DNA of 64,000 bases from Dictyostelium discoideum. Taxonomy: Eukaryota. Of the stretch, positions 50,955 to 64,000 are shown piece after piece. The stretch covers positions 1,568,001-1,632,000 of the forward strand of contig CM000154.2 of the NCBI GenBank assembly GCA_000004695.1, in the 5' to 3' direction. The notes under the pieces are model-generated. The model saw only the letters and a list, made by a program, of their open reading frames with translations. It ran no database searches and had not been told where the DNA came from. A program made the translations under genes and the position numbers. Every line of letters begins with the position of its first letter. The first letter of the stretch is position 1.

Positions 50955-51881
50955 TTATCAACATCACCAACAAATGAAAAAATTTTAAATGAAAATAAAC
51001 AAAATTCATCACCATTTGGTGAATCATGGCAAGAAAAGATTGAACGTTATAAAAAGATATCACCATTTGGTGATTATCCAAATTGGAGATTATATTCAGT
51101 GATTGTTAAAACTGGTGATGATTGTAGACAAGAACAAATGGCAGTACAATTAATTAGTAAATTTGACGAGATTTGGAAAGAAACAAGGCTACCTTTATAT
51201 CTAAGACCTTACTCGATATTGGTAACAAGTAGTGGTGGTGGTATCATTGAAACTATTCCCGATACAATGAGTTTACACAATTTAAAGAAATCAACACCAG
51301 GTTTTACGACCCTATTAAATTATTTCAAATCAACCTATGGCGATCCAAGTGGATTAAGATTCCGTACAGCTCAATCCAACTTTATTGAATCAATGGCAGC
51401 TTACTCAATAGTTACCTATATCTTACAAATTAAAGATCGTCATAATGGTAATATTTTAATTGATAAGGAAGGTCATATTGTTCATATCGATTTTGGTTTC
51501 ATCCTATCCAATAGTCCTGGTAATATTTCCTTTGAATCTGCTCCTTTCAAATTAACTCAAGAATTGGTCGATGTTATGGGTGGTATTCAATCTGGTCAAT
51601 TCCAATACTTTAAGGTTTTATGTGTCCGTGGTTTAATTGAGGCTAGAAAACAAGTGGATAAAATCATATCTCTCATTGAAATTATGATGTCTGGTCCAAA
51701 AATGTCTTGTTTTGTTGGTGGTAAAGAAGTAATCGAACAATTGAAAGCACGTTTCTTTTTAGATGTAAATGAACGTGAATGTTCAACTTTAGTAGAGAAT
51801 TTAATTTCTTATTCAATTGATCACTTTAAAACTCGTTACTATGATAAATATCAGTCATGGTTAAATGGTATATATCAATAA
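48058..51881 (+). CDS. pikD: Phosphatidylinositol 4-kinase, type III beta / yeast Pik1-like. join(48058..48494,48687..50233,50308..51881)
   Basis: The C-terminal PI3/4-kinase catalytic domain is ...LLNYFKSTYGDPSGLRFRTAQSNFIESMAAYSIVTYILQIKDRHNGNILIDKEGHIVHIDFGFILSNSPGN...FKLTQELVDVMGG.... The N-terminal block NKMYNLEDKDIDFYITQL|CILLINQPHDQ...RCASSFRFAIKAYWIFQAF and ...ISLLNINLPLGLYVPLWQSSNHHCVVRIPPEEVKILNSRERVPFLLVLEVIESE match PI4KB ([52 protein letters not shown]). Splice phases are 2/2 and 1/1. The symbol is inferred from DdPIK4 being the Pik1-like PI4K and is uncertain. Confidence 0.85.
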
Positions 51882-52019
51882 ATATTCTCTCTTTTTAATA
51901 ATCAATTGTTTATAAAAATAATAATAATTATTCATTAACTATAATAATAATTATTATTTATTATTCAAATTTTAAATTAAAATAAATAAAAACAAATAAA
52001 TAATTAATTGATCAAATAA

Positions 52020-52052
<33 letters not shown>

Positions 52053-52140
52053 TTTTAATAATAAATGAAATTAATTTTTTTTTTACATGAAATATTACTT
52101 TTTATTTATTTATTTATTGGTTAATTAAAATTTTATTTAT

Positions 52141-53859
52141 TTATGTAATTACATTGGGTTCATTTCTACCAGTATAATGATTTAATTTTGAAATTTCAAC
52201 AAGTGCAATATGAATTAAAGATTTAAGATGAGTTTGAACATCATTATTTAATTGAGTAGGTTGAGTTTCATATTTATCGAAATAAACACGAACTGTGGCA
52301 CCAGTTGAACCAGTACCACTTAAACGATAGATAATTCTTGAGCCATCAGTGAAAATGATACGAAGACCTTGATGAGAGGAAACTGAACTATCAATTGGAT
52401 CTTTATATTCAAAATCATCACAAGATGCAATTTCATATTCCAAAGAATCAGAGATACCAGTGAATTTCTTACCAATCAATTGTTTGGATTCAATTTGTTG
52501 AGAAACATGTTTCATCATTGCTTCGGCTGGAGCAGTGTCAATTTCTTCATAATCGTAACGAGAATAATAGTTTCTACCATATTTTGCCCAATGTTGTTTG
52601 ACAATCTCTTCAATGGAAACAAAGTTCTTATCATTGGTTGATTGATTATGATGAGTTAAAATTTGTAACCAACAAATGATAGCCCAAATACCATCTTTTT
52701 CACGAATATGATCAGAACCAGTACCAAATGATTCCTCACCACAAATTGAGAGGGTACCAGCATCCATAAGGTTACCAAAGAATTTCCAACCTGTTGGTAC
52801 TTCAAAGAATGGAACCTTTAAATCAGTGGCAACTCTTTCCAAAGCTGCACTTGTTGGCATTGAACGAGCTAAACCTTTTAATCCACCCTTATTGAAATAT
52901 GGGATTGCTTTGTAATTTGAAGCTATAACTGCAACGGAATCGGATGGATTAAGGAAGAAACGTTTACCAAGGATCATATTTCTATCACCATCACCATCAG
53001 AAGCACAACCCATATCAAATTCGCCATTATTCATTTTCTTTACCAAAAGTGGTGCATAGGTTAAATTTGGATCTGGATGACCACCATTGAAGTCCTGGGA
53101 TGGATTACAATTGATGAGACAACTCTCTGGGATACCTAACTCATCTGTGAAAATTCTTTTGCCATAGGCACCAGTGACGCCACTCATTGCATCGAAATTG
53201 AATGTGAAATTTGGATGATTCTTTACAAACTTTCTAATTCCATCAAAGTCAAAGATGGTTTTCAATAGGGAAACATAGTCATCTGCACTATCAATAACCT
53301 CTATAACGAATTCACCATCATTCCATTCATAAGTTTTAAGCAAACCCAAATTGTCGACACTTACATTTCTAGTAGTCTTAATTTGTGTGATTGATGTGGT
53401 ATGTTTATAGATTGCATTGGTGATTGATTCTGGAGCTGGACCACCATTGGACATATTATATTTAATACCAAAATCACCATTTGGACCACCTGGATTATGT
53501 GATGCTGTTAAAATGATTGCACCCAATGCTGAACGAGCACGAACGATTGCAGAGATTGCTGGTGTTGAAAGTAAACCATATCTTCCTACTAAAATCTTTC
53601 CAACTCCATTGGCTGCTGCAATTTGAAAAATTAATTGAATAGCATCATTATTGTAGTAACGACCATCACCACCAACAACAATAGTTGATCCTTTTAATTT
53701 ATCTTCTGGTAAAGCATTGAAAATTGATTGAACAAAGTTACCAAGGTAATTTGTCTTCATTACTTCAGTTACTTTTTTTCTTAAACCAGATGTACCTGGT
53801 TTTTGACCTTCAAATGGTTGGGTCGGTATAATATTTACTTTAAATGTTTGTTTGAACAT
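52141..53859 (-). CDS. pgmA: Phosphoglucomutase (alpha-D-phosphohexomutase family), single exon, 572 aa
   Basis: The N-terminal PGM signature is ...KPGTSGLRKKV.... The active-site loop is TASHNPGGPNGDFGIKYN. It has GDGDRNM and the C-terminal RLSGTGS...GATVRVY. The symbol assumes this is the Dictyostelium pgmA paralog. Confidence 0.85.
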   Translation of the reverse strand: MFKQTFKVNIIPTQPFEGQKPGTSGLRKKVTEVMKTNYLGNFVQSIFNALPEDKLKGSTIVVGGDGRYYNNDAIQLIFQIAAANGVGKILVGRYGLLSTPAISAIVRARSALGAIILTASHNPGGPNGDFGIKYNMSNGGPAPESITNAIYKHTTSITQIKTTRNVSVDNLGLLKTYEWNDGEFVIEVIDSADDYVSLLKTIFDFDGIRKFVKNHPNFTFNFDAMSGVTGAYGKRIFTDELGIPESCLINCNPSQDFNGGHPDPNLTYAPLLVKKMNNGEFDMGCASDGDGDRNMILGKRFFLNPSDSVAVIASNYKAIPYFNKGGLKGLARSMPTSAALERVATDLKVPFFEVPTGWKFFGNLMDAGTLSICGEESFGTGSDHIREKDGIWAIICWLQILTHHNQSTNDKNFVSIEEIVKQHWAKYGRNYYSRYDYEEIDTAPAEAMMKHVSQQIESKQLIGKKFTGISDSLEYEIASCDDFEYKDPIDSSVSSHQGLRIIFTDGSRIIYRLSGTGSTGATVRVYFDKYETQPTQLNNDVQTHLKSLIHIALVEISKLNHYTGRNEPNVIT

Positions 53860-54545
53860 ATCTTTATTTAAATTCTATATATATATATATAAATTTTTGT
53901 TTATACAGTGATTATAAAATAAAAAATAATGAATTAAAAAAAAAAATAAAAAAATAATAAAAAAAAAAAAGTGGGGTTTTTTTGATTTAAAAAAAAATAA
54001 AAAAATAAAAAAATAAAAAAAAAAATTAAAAAAATAAAAAAAAATTTCTAAATTTTAATATAAAATTAAAATATTAAAAAGGGAATTTGTAAATTGATTT
54101 ATGTTTTTTTTTTTTTTTTTTTTTTTGTAATAATTTTTTTTTTTTTTTTTTTTTATTTGTGTAAACATTAGTTTTAAGTAAAATATTTTATATGCAAATA
54201 TTTTATTTTAACTTTTTTTGGTAAAAAATAAATAAATAAAAAAATTTTAATTTAATAAAAAAAAAAAATTACAAAAAAAAAGGTATCAAAAATGTTAAAC
54301 CATCAGAATTCCCACTAATAATTTGTTTTTTATTTATTTTATTTTTTTTTTTTTTAATTTTTTTTTTTTTTTGATATCTTTTTTTTTTTTTTTTTTGATA
54401 TCTTTTTTTTTTTTTTTTTGATATCTTTTTTTTTACGAACCAGTAAAAAAAAAAAAAAAAGAACGATGAGTCAATTGTTTTGTTTTTTGTTTAGAAAAAA
54501 TATTTTTTAATTATTTTTAATTTTAATTTTATTTTACTACCTTAT

Positions 54546-55654
54546 ATGTGTATTAAAATAATAATGAATCCATTTACAGATTATCAAGTACAATTTTTTG
54601 AAAGAATAAAATTGAAACCAAGAATAATTGAATCATTAGATGATATTTCAGAAGTTTTAGTAGCTTGTTCAAAAGTATTTACATTTGAAAATTTAGATAT
54701 CATAAGTAATACTCAAGAAGCATTAACAAGAAAAGTTTTAATAAAACAAGTTTTAATTAATAAACAAGGTGGATTATGTTATAAAGCAAATACTTTATTA
54801 TATTATTTCCTTTTAGATTTCGGTTTAAATGTTCACCAAACTAGAGCAACTTGTGAAAATCAAGGTATTTTTCTTTTTTTTTTTTTATTTCATTTTATTT
54901 TATTTTATTTTATTTTATTTTATTTTATTTTATTTTTAGTTTTAGTTTTGTTAATAAATATTTTTTTTTTTTTAAAGAGAGTCATAGTCGTTGGAATATT
55001 GGCCATGGTCATATGATTAATATATTGAATTTTGAAAATAAATTATATGTAATGGATGTTGCATTTGGATGTAATTTATCATTAAGGCCAGTACCAATTA
55101 CAGATGATGGTAGTGAAGTTATTGAATCTTGTATTGGATTATATAGAGTTATTAAAAGAGAAAATATAGTTGCTGGAGTATATCATTATACACATATTTT
55201 AGAACATAGAAAACCAGATACTTATTTAATTGAATCTGCAAAGAATTGGGTAATTGGTTATGCATTTGATCCTTTATTAATTTGTAAAAATGATGGTGAT
55301 GATGATGATGATGATAATAATAATAATAATAATACTCATCAAACTCAAATTCAACAATTAGTAATAGATGATCCAAATAAAGATTTTTGTGTAAAGCCAT
55401 TAGCAACTAAATTAATAAATAATACAGATAATAATAATAATAATAATTCAATAGCGACATTAACCTTAAATTCATTCACACTTACAAATTGTAAAACTGG
55501 CGAAAAAATTAAAACAAATTTTGATAATGATAATTTATTTGAACAATTTAATCAACATTTAATTTCAATTTTTAATTTACCACCTTTAAAAATTATACCT
55601 CAAATATTTTTAAATCAAACATCAAATTTTCCTATAAATAATTTAAATAGTTAA
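54546..55654 (+). CDS. Arylamine N-acetyltransferase (NAT) family protein, copy 1. join(54546..54864,54978..55654)
   Basis: ...FENLDIISNTQEAL...NKQGGLCYKANTLLYYFLLDFG (NAT catalytic Cys, compare human [23 protein letters not shown]) ...ENQG|ESHSRWNIGHGHMINILNFENKLYVMDVAFG (His/Asp of the triad, compare HLLLQVTIDGRNYIVDAGFG). A phase-1 intron follows ENQG (GTATTT...AAAG). Confidence 0.8.
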
Positions 55655-55806
55655 ATAATAAGATTTAAAAAAAAAAAAAAAAATTTTTAAAAAAAATAAA
55701 TTAATTAATAATTTTTATTTCTTTCGATATATCTTATTTAATAAAAACAAAAAACTGCGAAAAAAATAAAAAAAATAAAAAGAATTAATTGTTCTAAAAA
55801 TGAAAA

Positions 55807-55906
55807 NNNNNNNNNNNNNNNNNNNNNNNNNNNNNNNNNNNNNNNNNNNNNNNNNNNNNNNNNNNNNNNNNNNNNNNNNNNNNNNNNNNNNNNNNNNNNN
55901 NNNNNN
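55807..55906. other. Assembly gap (100 N)
   Basis: Run of 100 n between NAT copies 1 and 2. Confidence 1.
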
Positions 55907-56316
55907 TAACTTTTTTTATTACTTTTTGGGTCACTATCTTTTTTTGGTCAAAAAGCAAGATTTTTTTTATGTTACAATCTTTTTTTGGTAATAACTTTTT
56001 TTATGTAAAATAAAAAATAAAAAAAAAAAATACCCCAAAAAAGGGTCGGAATAGAAGGAGTTTAAAAACATTGCTGACATCATTGATTGACGGTTAAAAA
56101 ATAAAATTAAAAAAAAAAAAAAAAATTTAATGTAAAATTAACAAAAATATGATTCCGAACTTTTTTGGGTAATTCCGAGCTTTGGTATAAGATTTTTTCG
56201 AATTCTTATTATTATTTTTTTTTTATTTAACTTTTTTTTTTTTTTTTTTTTTTTCATATTTTATTTTAGTCTAATAAAAGTTTAAAAACAAATATATATA
56301 TATAAACAAATAAAAA

Positions 56317-57307
56317 ATGGAACCAAATCCAATATTTAGCGAATTTCAATTAGAATTTTTTAAAAGAATTAAAATGCAACCAAAATCAATAGAAACATTA
56401 AATGATGTTTCAGAAGTGATGAGTGGTTGTGCACAAATTTTTTCATTTGAAAATTTAGATGTAGTTGCAAATACAACTGAACCTTTAAATAGAGAAGTGA
56501 TAATTCAACAACTTGTAAATAATAAACAAGGTGGATTATGTTATAAAATTAATTCTGTATTTTATTATTTTATTAAAAGTTTTGGTTTTAATATTTATCA
56601 AGTTAGATGTTGTGTTGAAAATCAAGGTATGTTTTTTTGGTTAAAAAAAAAAAGTTGAAAAAAAAAAAAAAAATTTTATTAACAAATTTTTAAAAAAATA
56701 AAAAATAAAAAATAAAGAAACACATGATTGTTGGCAAATTAATGGTGCACATATTATAAATATAATTGAATATGAAAATAAAAAATATTTAGCAGACGTT
56801 GCATTTGGATGTAATTTATCATATGAACCAATTCCATTTTCAGAAGAGATTATTGAATCATGTACAGGTTTATATCGTATTCGTAAAGTTGATAATATTA
56901 TTAGGGATATTAAATATACATATCTTTTAGAATTTAAAAAACCAGATTCATTTTCACCAGAATCTGCTCGTTTATGGACCAATGGTTATGCATTTGATCC
57001 ATTGGTAAAAGCAATTGATATTGATGAAAATGATAAAATTGATAGTCATGCAACTCAAATTCAACAATTAATTATTGATGATCCAACAAAAGAATTTAGT
57101 GTTAAACCTTTAGCTACAAAAGTTGTAAACAATGAATCAATAGCAACTTTAACCTCAAATTCATTCACTTTAACAAATTGTAAAACTGGTGAAAAAACAA
57201 AAGTTACCTTTGATATCAATAATGAAATCAAACAATTAGAACAATTTAATCAACATTTAATTTCAATTTTTAATTTACCACCTTTAAAATTTTTACCAAA
57301 AATTTAA
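56317..57307 (+). CDS. Arylamine N-acetyltransferase family protein, copy 2. join(56317..56626,56718..57307)
   Basis: MEPNPIFSEFQLEFFKRIKMQPKSIETLNDVSEVMSGCAQIFSFENLDVVANT...NKQGGLCYKINSVFYYFIKSFGFNIYQVRCCVENQG|ETHDCWQINGAHIINIIEYENKKYLADVAFGCNL.... The intron position and phase match copy 1 (GTATGT donor). Exon 2 is open from the acceptor, and the ORF track shows only its last 101 aa. Confidence 0.8.
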
Positions 57308-57651
57308 AAATAATATGAAAATAAAAAAATAAAAAAAAAATAAAAAAAAAATAAAAAAAATAAAAAAAAAAAAACAATTGATTCGTGTCTGAAAGTGTGG
57401 ATTTAAAAAAGAATCTAAATTTTAATTCAGGAATCTTCTTTTTTTAGAAAATGTTTGTGCAATAATTTATTTTTTTTTTTATTTTTTTAATTTTTTTTTT
57501 TTTATTTTTAATTTTAAAAGAAAAAAAAAAAAAAAAAAACAAAAAAAAATAAAAAAAATAAAAAAACCATATTTTTTTTCAACCTTTTACAACAGATATA
57601 TCTAAAAAAAAAAAAAAAATAAAAAAAAATAAAAAAAATAAAAAAAAAAAA

Positions 57652-57989
57652 ATGGAAGCAATTTCAATATTTTCAGATTATCAATTACAATTTTTTAAAA
57701 GAATTGGAATGAAACCAAAACCAATTGAAACATTAGATGATGTTTCAGATGTAATGAAAGCATGCTCAAATGTATTTTCTTTTGAGAATTTAGATATTGT
57801 ATCTAATTCATGTGAACCTTTAAATAAGGATGTATTAATAAAACAAGTAATATGTAATAATCAAGGTGGACTATGTTATAAAATCAACACTTTATTATAT
57901 CATTTTCTTTTAGAATTTGGTTTCAAAATTCATATAATTAGAGGTAGTGTTGAAAATCAAGGTATGTGAATAAAAATTAATTTTTAAAA

Positions 57990-58030
<41 letters not shown>

Positions 58031-58671
58031 TAATAATTGTTTACATTAATAATTTTATAGAAACTCATTCAGATTGGAATATTCCAACTGGTCATATGAT
58101 TAATATAATTAATTTTGAAAATAGGTTATATGTTGTTGATGTTGCATTTGGATGTAATCTTTCATTGAGACCAATTCCAATTACAGATGATGGTAGTGAA
58201 GTAGTTGAATCCTGCACAGGTTTATATCGTGTTCGTAAAGTTGAAAATTGTGTTTCTGGAAAATATAATTATACACATATTCTAGAACATAGGAAATTGG
58301 ATAGTTTTTTAATTGAATCTGGAAAGACCTGGGTGACAGGTTATGCATTTGATCCATTATTAATTGTTGATAATAATAATAATAATGAAAAAACAACCCA
58401 CCAAACACTTGTACAACAATTAGTAATTGATGATCCAACTAAAGAATTTAGTACTAAACCTTTGGCTACTAAAATTGTAAATGATGGTTCATCATTCTCT
58501 ATTGCAACTTTAACTGCAAATTCATTCACACTTACAGATTGTAAAACTGGTCAAAAAACTAAAACCAATTTTGATAATGATAAATCATCATTTGAACAAT
58601 TTAATCAACATTTAATTTCAATTTTTAATTTACCACCTTTAAAAACAATTCCGCCAATATTTTTAAATTAA
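57652..58671 (+). CDS. Arylamine N-acetyltransferase family protein, copy 3. join(57652..57961,58061..58671)
   Basis: MEAISIFSDYQLQFFKRIGMKPKPIETLDDVSDVMKACSNVFSFENLDIVSNS...NNQGGLCYKINTLLYHFLLEFGFKIHIIRGSVENQG|ETHSDWNIPTGHMINIINFENRLYVVDVAFGCNLSLRPIPITDDGSEV.... Same phase-1 intron position. Confidence 0.8.
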
Positions 58672-59369
58672 TCAGAAAAAATAATAAAAAATAAAAATAA
58701 AAATAATACTTTTATTTTTTTTATTTTTTTTTTTAAAAAAATTTTAATTTTTTATTTATTTTTTTTTTTTTTTTTTATGTCGACTAAACGATACATATAA
58801 AAAAGACAACCGGAAATCTTTGGGCGATAATTTATTGGTGATTGTCTTTGGGCGAAATTTAATTGAAAAATGTTTTTTGTTTTTTTTTTTTTTTTTTATA
58901 TTTTTTTTTTTTTTTTTTTTTAAAATAAAATTTTTATTACTGTTATTTTTTTTTTTTATTTTATTTTATTTTTTTTATAAAATATATACTAATCTAAATT
59001 TAGTACTTTATAGGATCTTTTATAACAATTTCTTTTTTTTATACAAATAAACGAAACATATAAAGGTAGCTCAAAAAAATTAAAAACAAATAATTGGAAA
59101 TTAATAATAAAAAAAAAAAAAAACCCACACACAAGCCTTTGGTATCATCCTTTAACACAAAAATCTAATCAAAAAAAAAATAAAAAAAAATAAAAAAATA
59201 AAAAATAAAAGAAAAGAAAAAAAATGAAAAATAAAAAACACAAAGGTTTAATTCAAACCAATAACGAACACACAACACAAAATTAACACTACCACCATTA
59301 TTCTCATAACACACAACGATCATGGGTTAATTATTTTTATTATTATTGTTGGTTTACAAAATAATTAAA

Positions 59370-59401
<32 letters not shown>

Positions 59402-59535
59402 AAAAAAAAGTGATTGTGAGAGATTATTAATTTTTTAAATATTTTGTGTGTGTTTTTCAAAACAATAATAATAAAAAATCAATAAAATTAAAAAATTAAA
59501 AAATTAAATATAATAATAATAATAATATCAGCTAC

Positions 59536-59569
<34 letters not shown>

Positions 59570-59736
59570 AAGAGAGTGTGCAGGGGTAAAATAATTTTAA
59601 ATATTTTGTTTTTAGTTAATTATTATTATTTTTTTTCTTTTATTTGTTTATTTTTAATTTTATTTTATTTTTTGTTTTTTTGTTTTTAAAATATTTTTTT
59701 TTTATTTATTTTTTTTTAAAAATTTTATATTTTTTT

Positions 59737-59836
59737 NNNNNNNNNNNNNNNNNNNNNNNNNNNNNNNNNNNNNNNNNNNNNNNNNNNNNNNNNNNNNNNN
59801 NNNNNNNNNNNNNNNNNNNNNNNNNNNNNNNNNNNN
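59737..59836. other. Assembly gap (100 N), followed by ~150 bp of low-quality-looking sequence
   Basis: A run of n is followed by ttaaggggatttaaggggttttaaggggattt...ttttcccccccggggggtaagg, with homopolymer stutter atypical of this genome. Confidence 0.9.
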
Positions 59837-59984
59837 TTAAGGGGATTTAAGGGGTTTTAAGGGGATTTAAATTTTTTTGGAAACCTTACCGGTATTTTTA
59901 AATTATTTTGCCCCAAAACCCCCTTCCAAAAAATTTTCCCCCCCGGGGGGTAAGGTTGGTTAATTTTTAAAAAATATTCTGGGG

Positions 59985-60048
<64 letters not shown>

Positions 60049-60210
60049 CTTTTTGTTAATTAATACATATTATTAATATTCAAAATTCTAACGATTTTTT
60101 TATTTTTATTTTTATTTTTATTATAAAAAGGATTCAATCTTTAAACTACAAAACTAAAAATAGAACACAAAAAATTTTAAAATAGAAAAAAAAAACACAA
60201 AAAAAAAAAG

Positions 60211-60243
<33 letters not shown>

Positions 60244-60361
60244 CTTTCATCAAAAAGTTTTTTTTTTTAATTTTTTTATTTTTCGTATCTCAACTGTCAC
60301 AAAGTTTTTTTTTTTTTTTTTTTAAAATTTTTTTTTTAAAAAAAAAAAAAAAAAAATTTTT

Positions 60362-62997
<2,636 letters not shown>

Positions 62998-63606
62998 CCC
63001 TATATAAATATATTAAAAAAAAATTAAAAAAAAAAAAAAATAAAATAAAATAAAAAAAACCATAAAAATATAATAACCCAAAAAATCAAATAATATAAAT
63101 GTTATTTATTTTTATTTTCTATTTTTATTTTTATTTTTTTATTTTTTTATTTTTTATTTTTATTTTTTTATAAAGATATATACAAATTCTCATACATAAA
63201 CACCCCCTCACACGATACTCAATCAAAACTTTTAAATTTTTTTTTTATAGTTTTTTTAGTTTAATATGTAATTAATTAAATTCATTCATATAATATATTA
63301 TGTCATAATGTGGGTTTGATAACCACACCTATATATCAAGTACTTATATAAAAAAATAAAAATAAAAATAAAAAAAAAAAAAAAAAAAAAAAAATAAAAA
63401 TAAAAAAAGGTGTGGTATCGACCGAATGGAAAACTATAAATAGAATTAGATTTTTTATTTTTTTTTTATTAGTATTAGTTTTTTTTAAAAAATAAATAAA
63501 AAATAAAAAAACTTAATAAATATAACAAAAAATAATTCAATAATATTAAACAATAGTTATATAATAATATTTGGGGAAAAAAAAAAAAAAAAAAATTAAA
63601 ATAACA

Positions 63607-64000
63607 ATGAGATTTTTAAAATCATTGTTATTATTATTTGTTTTAATTGGAAGTGGTAATGCTTCAAGATCAATTAATTTTGATAGATTCAATTTAGAAT
63701 TTAATAGTTGTGGTGGTGAAAATCAAAAACAACAACAATTACAAAATTTAAAAATTAATAAATGTTCAAAAATTGATATTAAAGATTGTTTAAATGGTTC
63801 ATTTATGTTAACAAAAATGGATGATGGATTTGTTGGTACTCATTACTCTGATTCAAAATGTCAAAATCCAAGTAACAAATTATTTTTCACATGTGATGGT
63901 AAAGAAGGTCAATTAATGAATAATAGTTTTTTTAAAGTTGCGTGTTTTCAATCAAATCAATTAAAATTTAATTATAATCAAACCCAAGAAAAATATCATA
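63607..64000 (+). CDS. Secreted cysteine-containing protein, partial (continues beyond the window end)
   Basis: The ATG at 63607 gives MRFLKSLLLLFVLIGSGNASRS (signal peptide), then INFDRFNLEFNSCGGENQKQQQLQNLKINKCSKIDIKDCLNGSF...CQNPSNKLFFTCDGKEGQ.... The frame is open to the last base. Confidence 0.5.
   Translation, partial: MRFLKSLLLLFVLIGSGNASRSINFDRFNLEFNSCGGENQKQQQLQNLKINKCSKIDIKDCLNGSFMLTKMDDGFVGTHYSDSKCQNPSNKLFFTCDGKEGQLMNNSFFKVACFQSNQLKFNYNQTQEKYH

Noticed and set aside
58820-58865. Direct repeat tctttgggcga(t/a)aattta…ttg occurring twice downstream of NAT copy 3
   Set aside because: Only two short copies (~20 bp). It cannot be distinguished from chance or a minor duplication, and no associated structure was found.
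59100-59340. C/A-rich stretch (aaacccacacacaagcctttggtatcatcc…cacacaacacaaaattaacactaccacc) unusual for intergenic DNA
   Set aside because: No ORF, no repeat structure and no recognisable RNA motif. It lies beside degraded sequence and may be a UTR or first non-coding exon, but nothing supports a specific call.
59837-59960. Apparent tandem repeat ttaaggggatttaaggggttttaagggg and G/C homopolymers
   Set aside because: Looks like a low-quality read end adjoining the N-gap (homopolymer stutter), not a biological repeat.

Overview
The window is extremely AT-rich (~78-80% A+T) with (AAT)n/(ATT)n microsatellites, poly-Asn/poly-Gln coding tracts and short AT-rich GT...AG introns. This looks like Dictyostelium discoideum (or close dictyostelid) chromosomal DNA, so I treated it as eukaryotic and rebuilt spliced gene models by hand. 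The six-frame ORF track fragments or misses several genes. Three runs of exactly 100 N are assembly gaps.

About 25 protein-coding genes are supported:
- UBR-box N-recognin E3 ligase (3 exons).
- Secreted G8/beta-helix CEMIP/TMEM2-like protein, with a signal-peptide mini-exon.
- Mitochondrial-type translation initiation factor IF3.
- HMG-CoA synthase (2 exons).
- LSm8, a 4-exon gene invisible to the ORF track.
- A 3-exon hypothetical gene encoding a mitochondrial-looking membrane protein.
- RFT1 flippase (3 exons).
- GTP cyclohydrolase I (2 exons).
- A bacterial-type DUF1348 protein.
- A SET+MYND (SMYD-like) protein (2 exons).
- DDX42 DEAD-box helicase (4 exons) with a long N/S/Y-rich tail.
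- PI 4-kinase, Pik1/PI4KB type (3 exons).
- Phosphoglucomutase.
- A tandem array of three arylamine N-acetyltransferase (NAT) paralogs that share one intron position.
- An ankyrin+PH gene (5' end degraded).
- Two members of an orphan paralog family (one frameshifted), three unidentified hypothetical genes, and a partial secreted protein at the window end.

The most unusual region is the transposon island around a tRNA-Asn(GTT) gene (about 20.9-29.5 kb). A TRE3-like non-LTR retrotransposon lies just downstream of the tRNA. About 37-51 bp upstream, the classic TRE5 target position, the same 15-bp target-site duplication occurs three times. It brackets a 5'-truncated retroelement tail and a polyadenylated 5S rRNA retropseudogene fragment. 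Further upstream lie a reverse-transcriptase fragment and a 4.4 kb segment bounded by ~45-bp inverted repeats. That segment carries a partly duplicated, frameshifted gene and a CATATTAATTT minisatellite.

Also notable is a mosaic pseudo-duplication downstream of the G8 gene. It fuses a copy of about 105 bp from the neighbouring UBR gene's last exon to a degraded second copy of the G8 gene's 3' end and 3' UTR.
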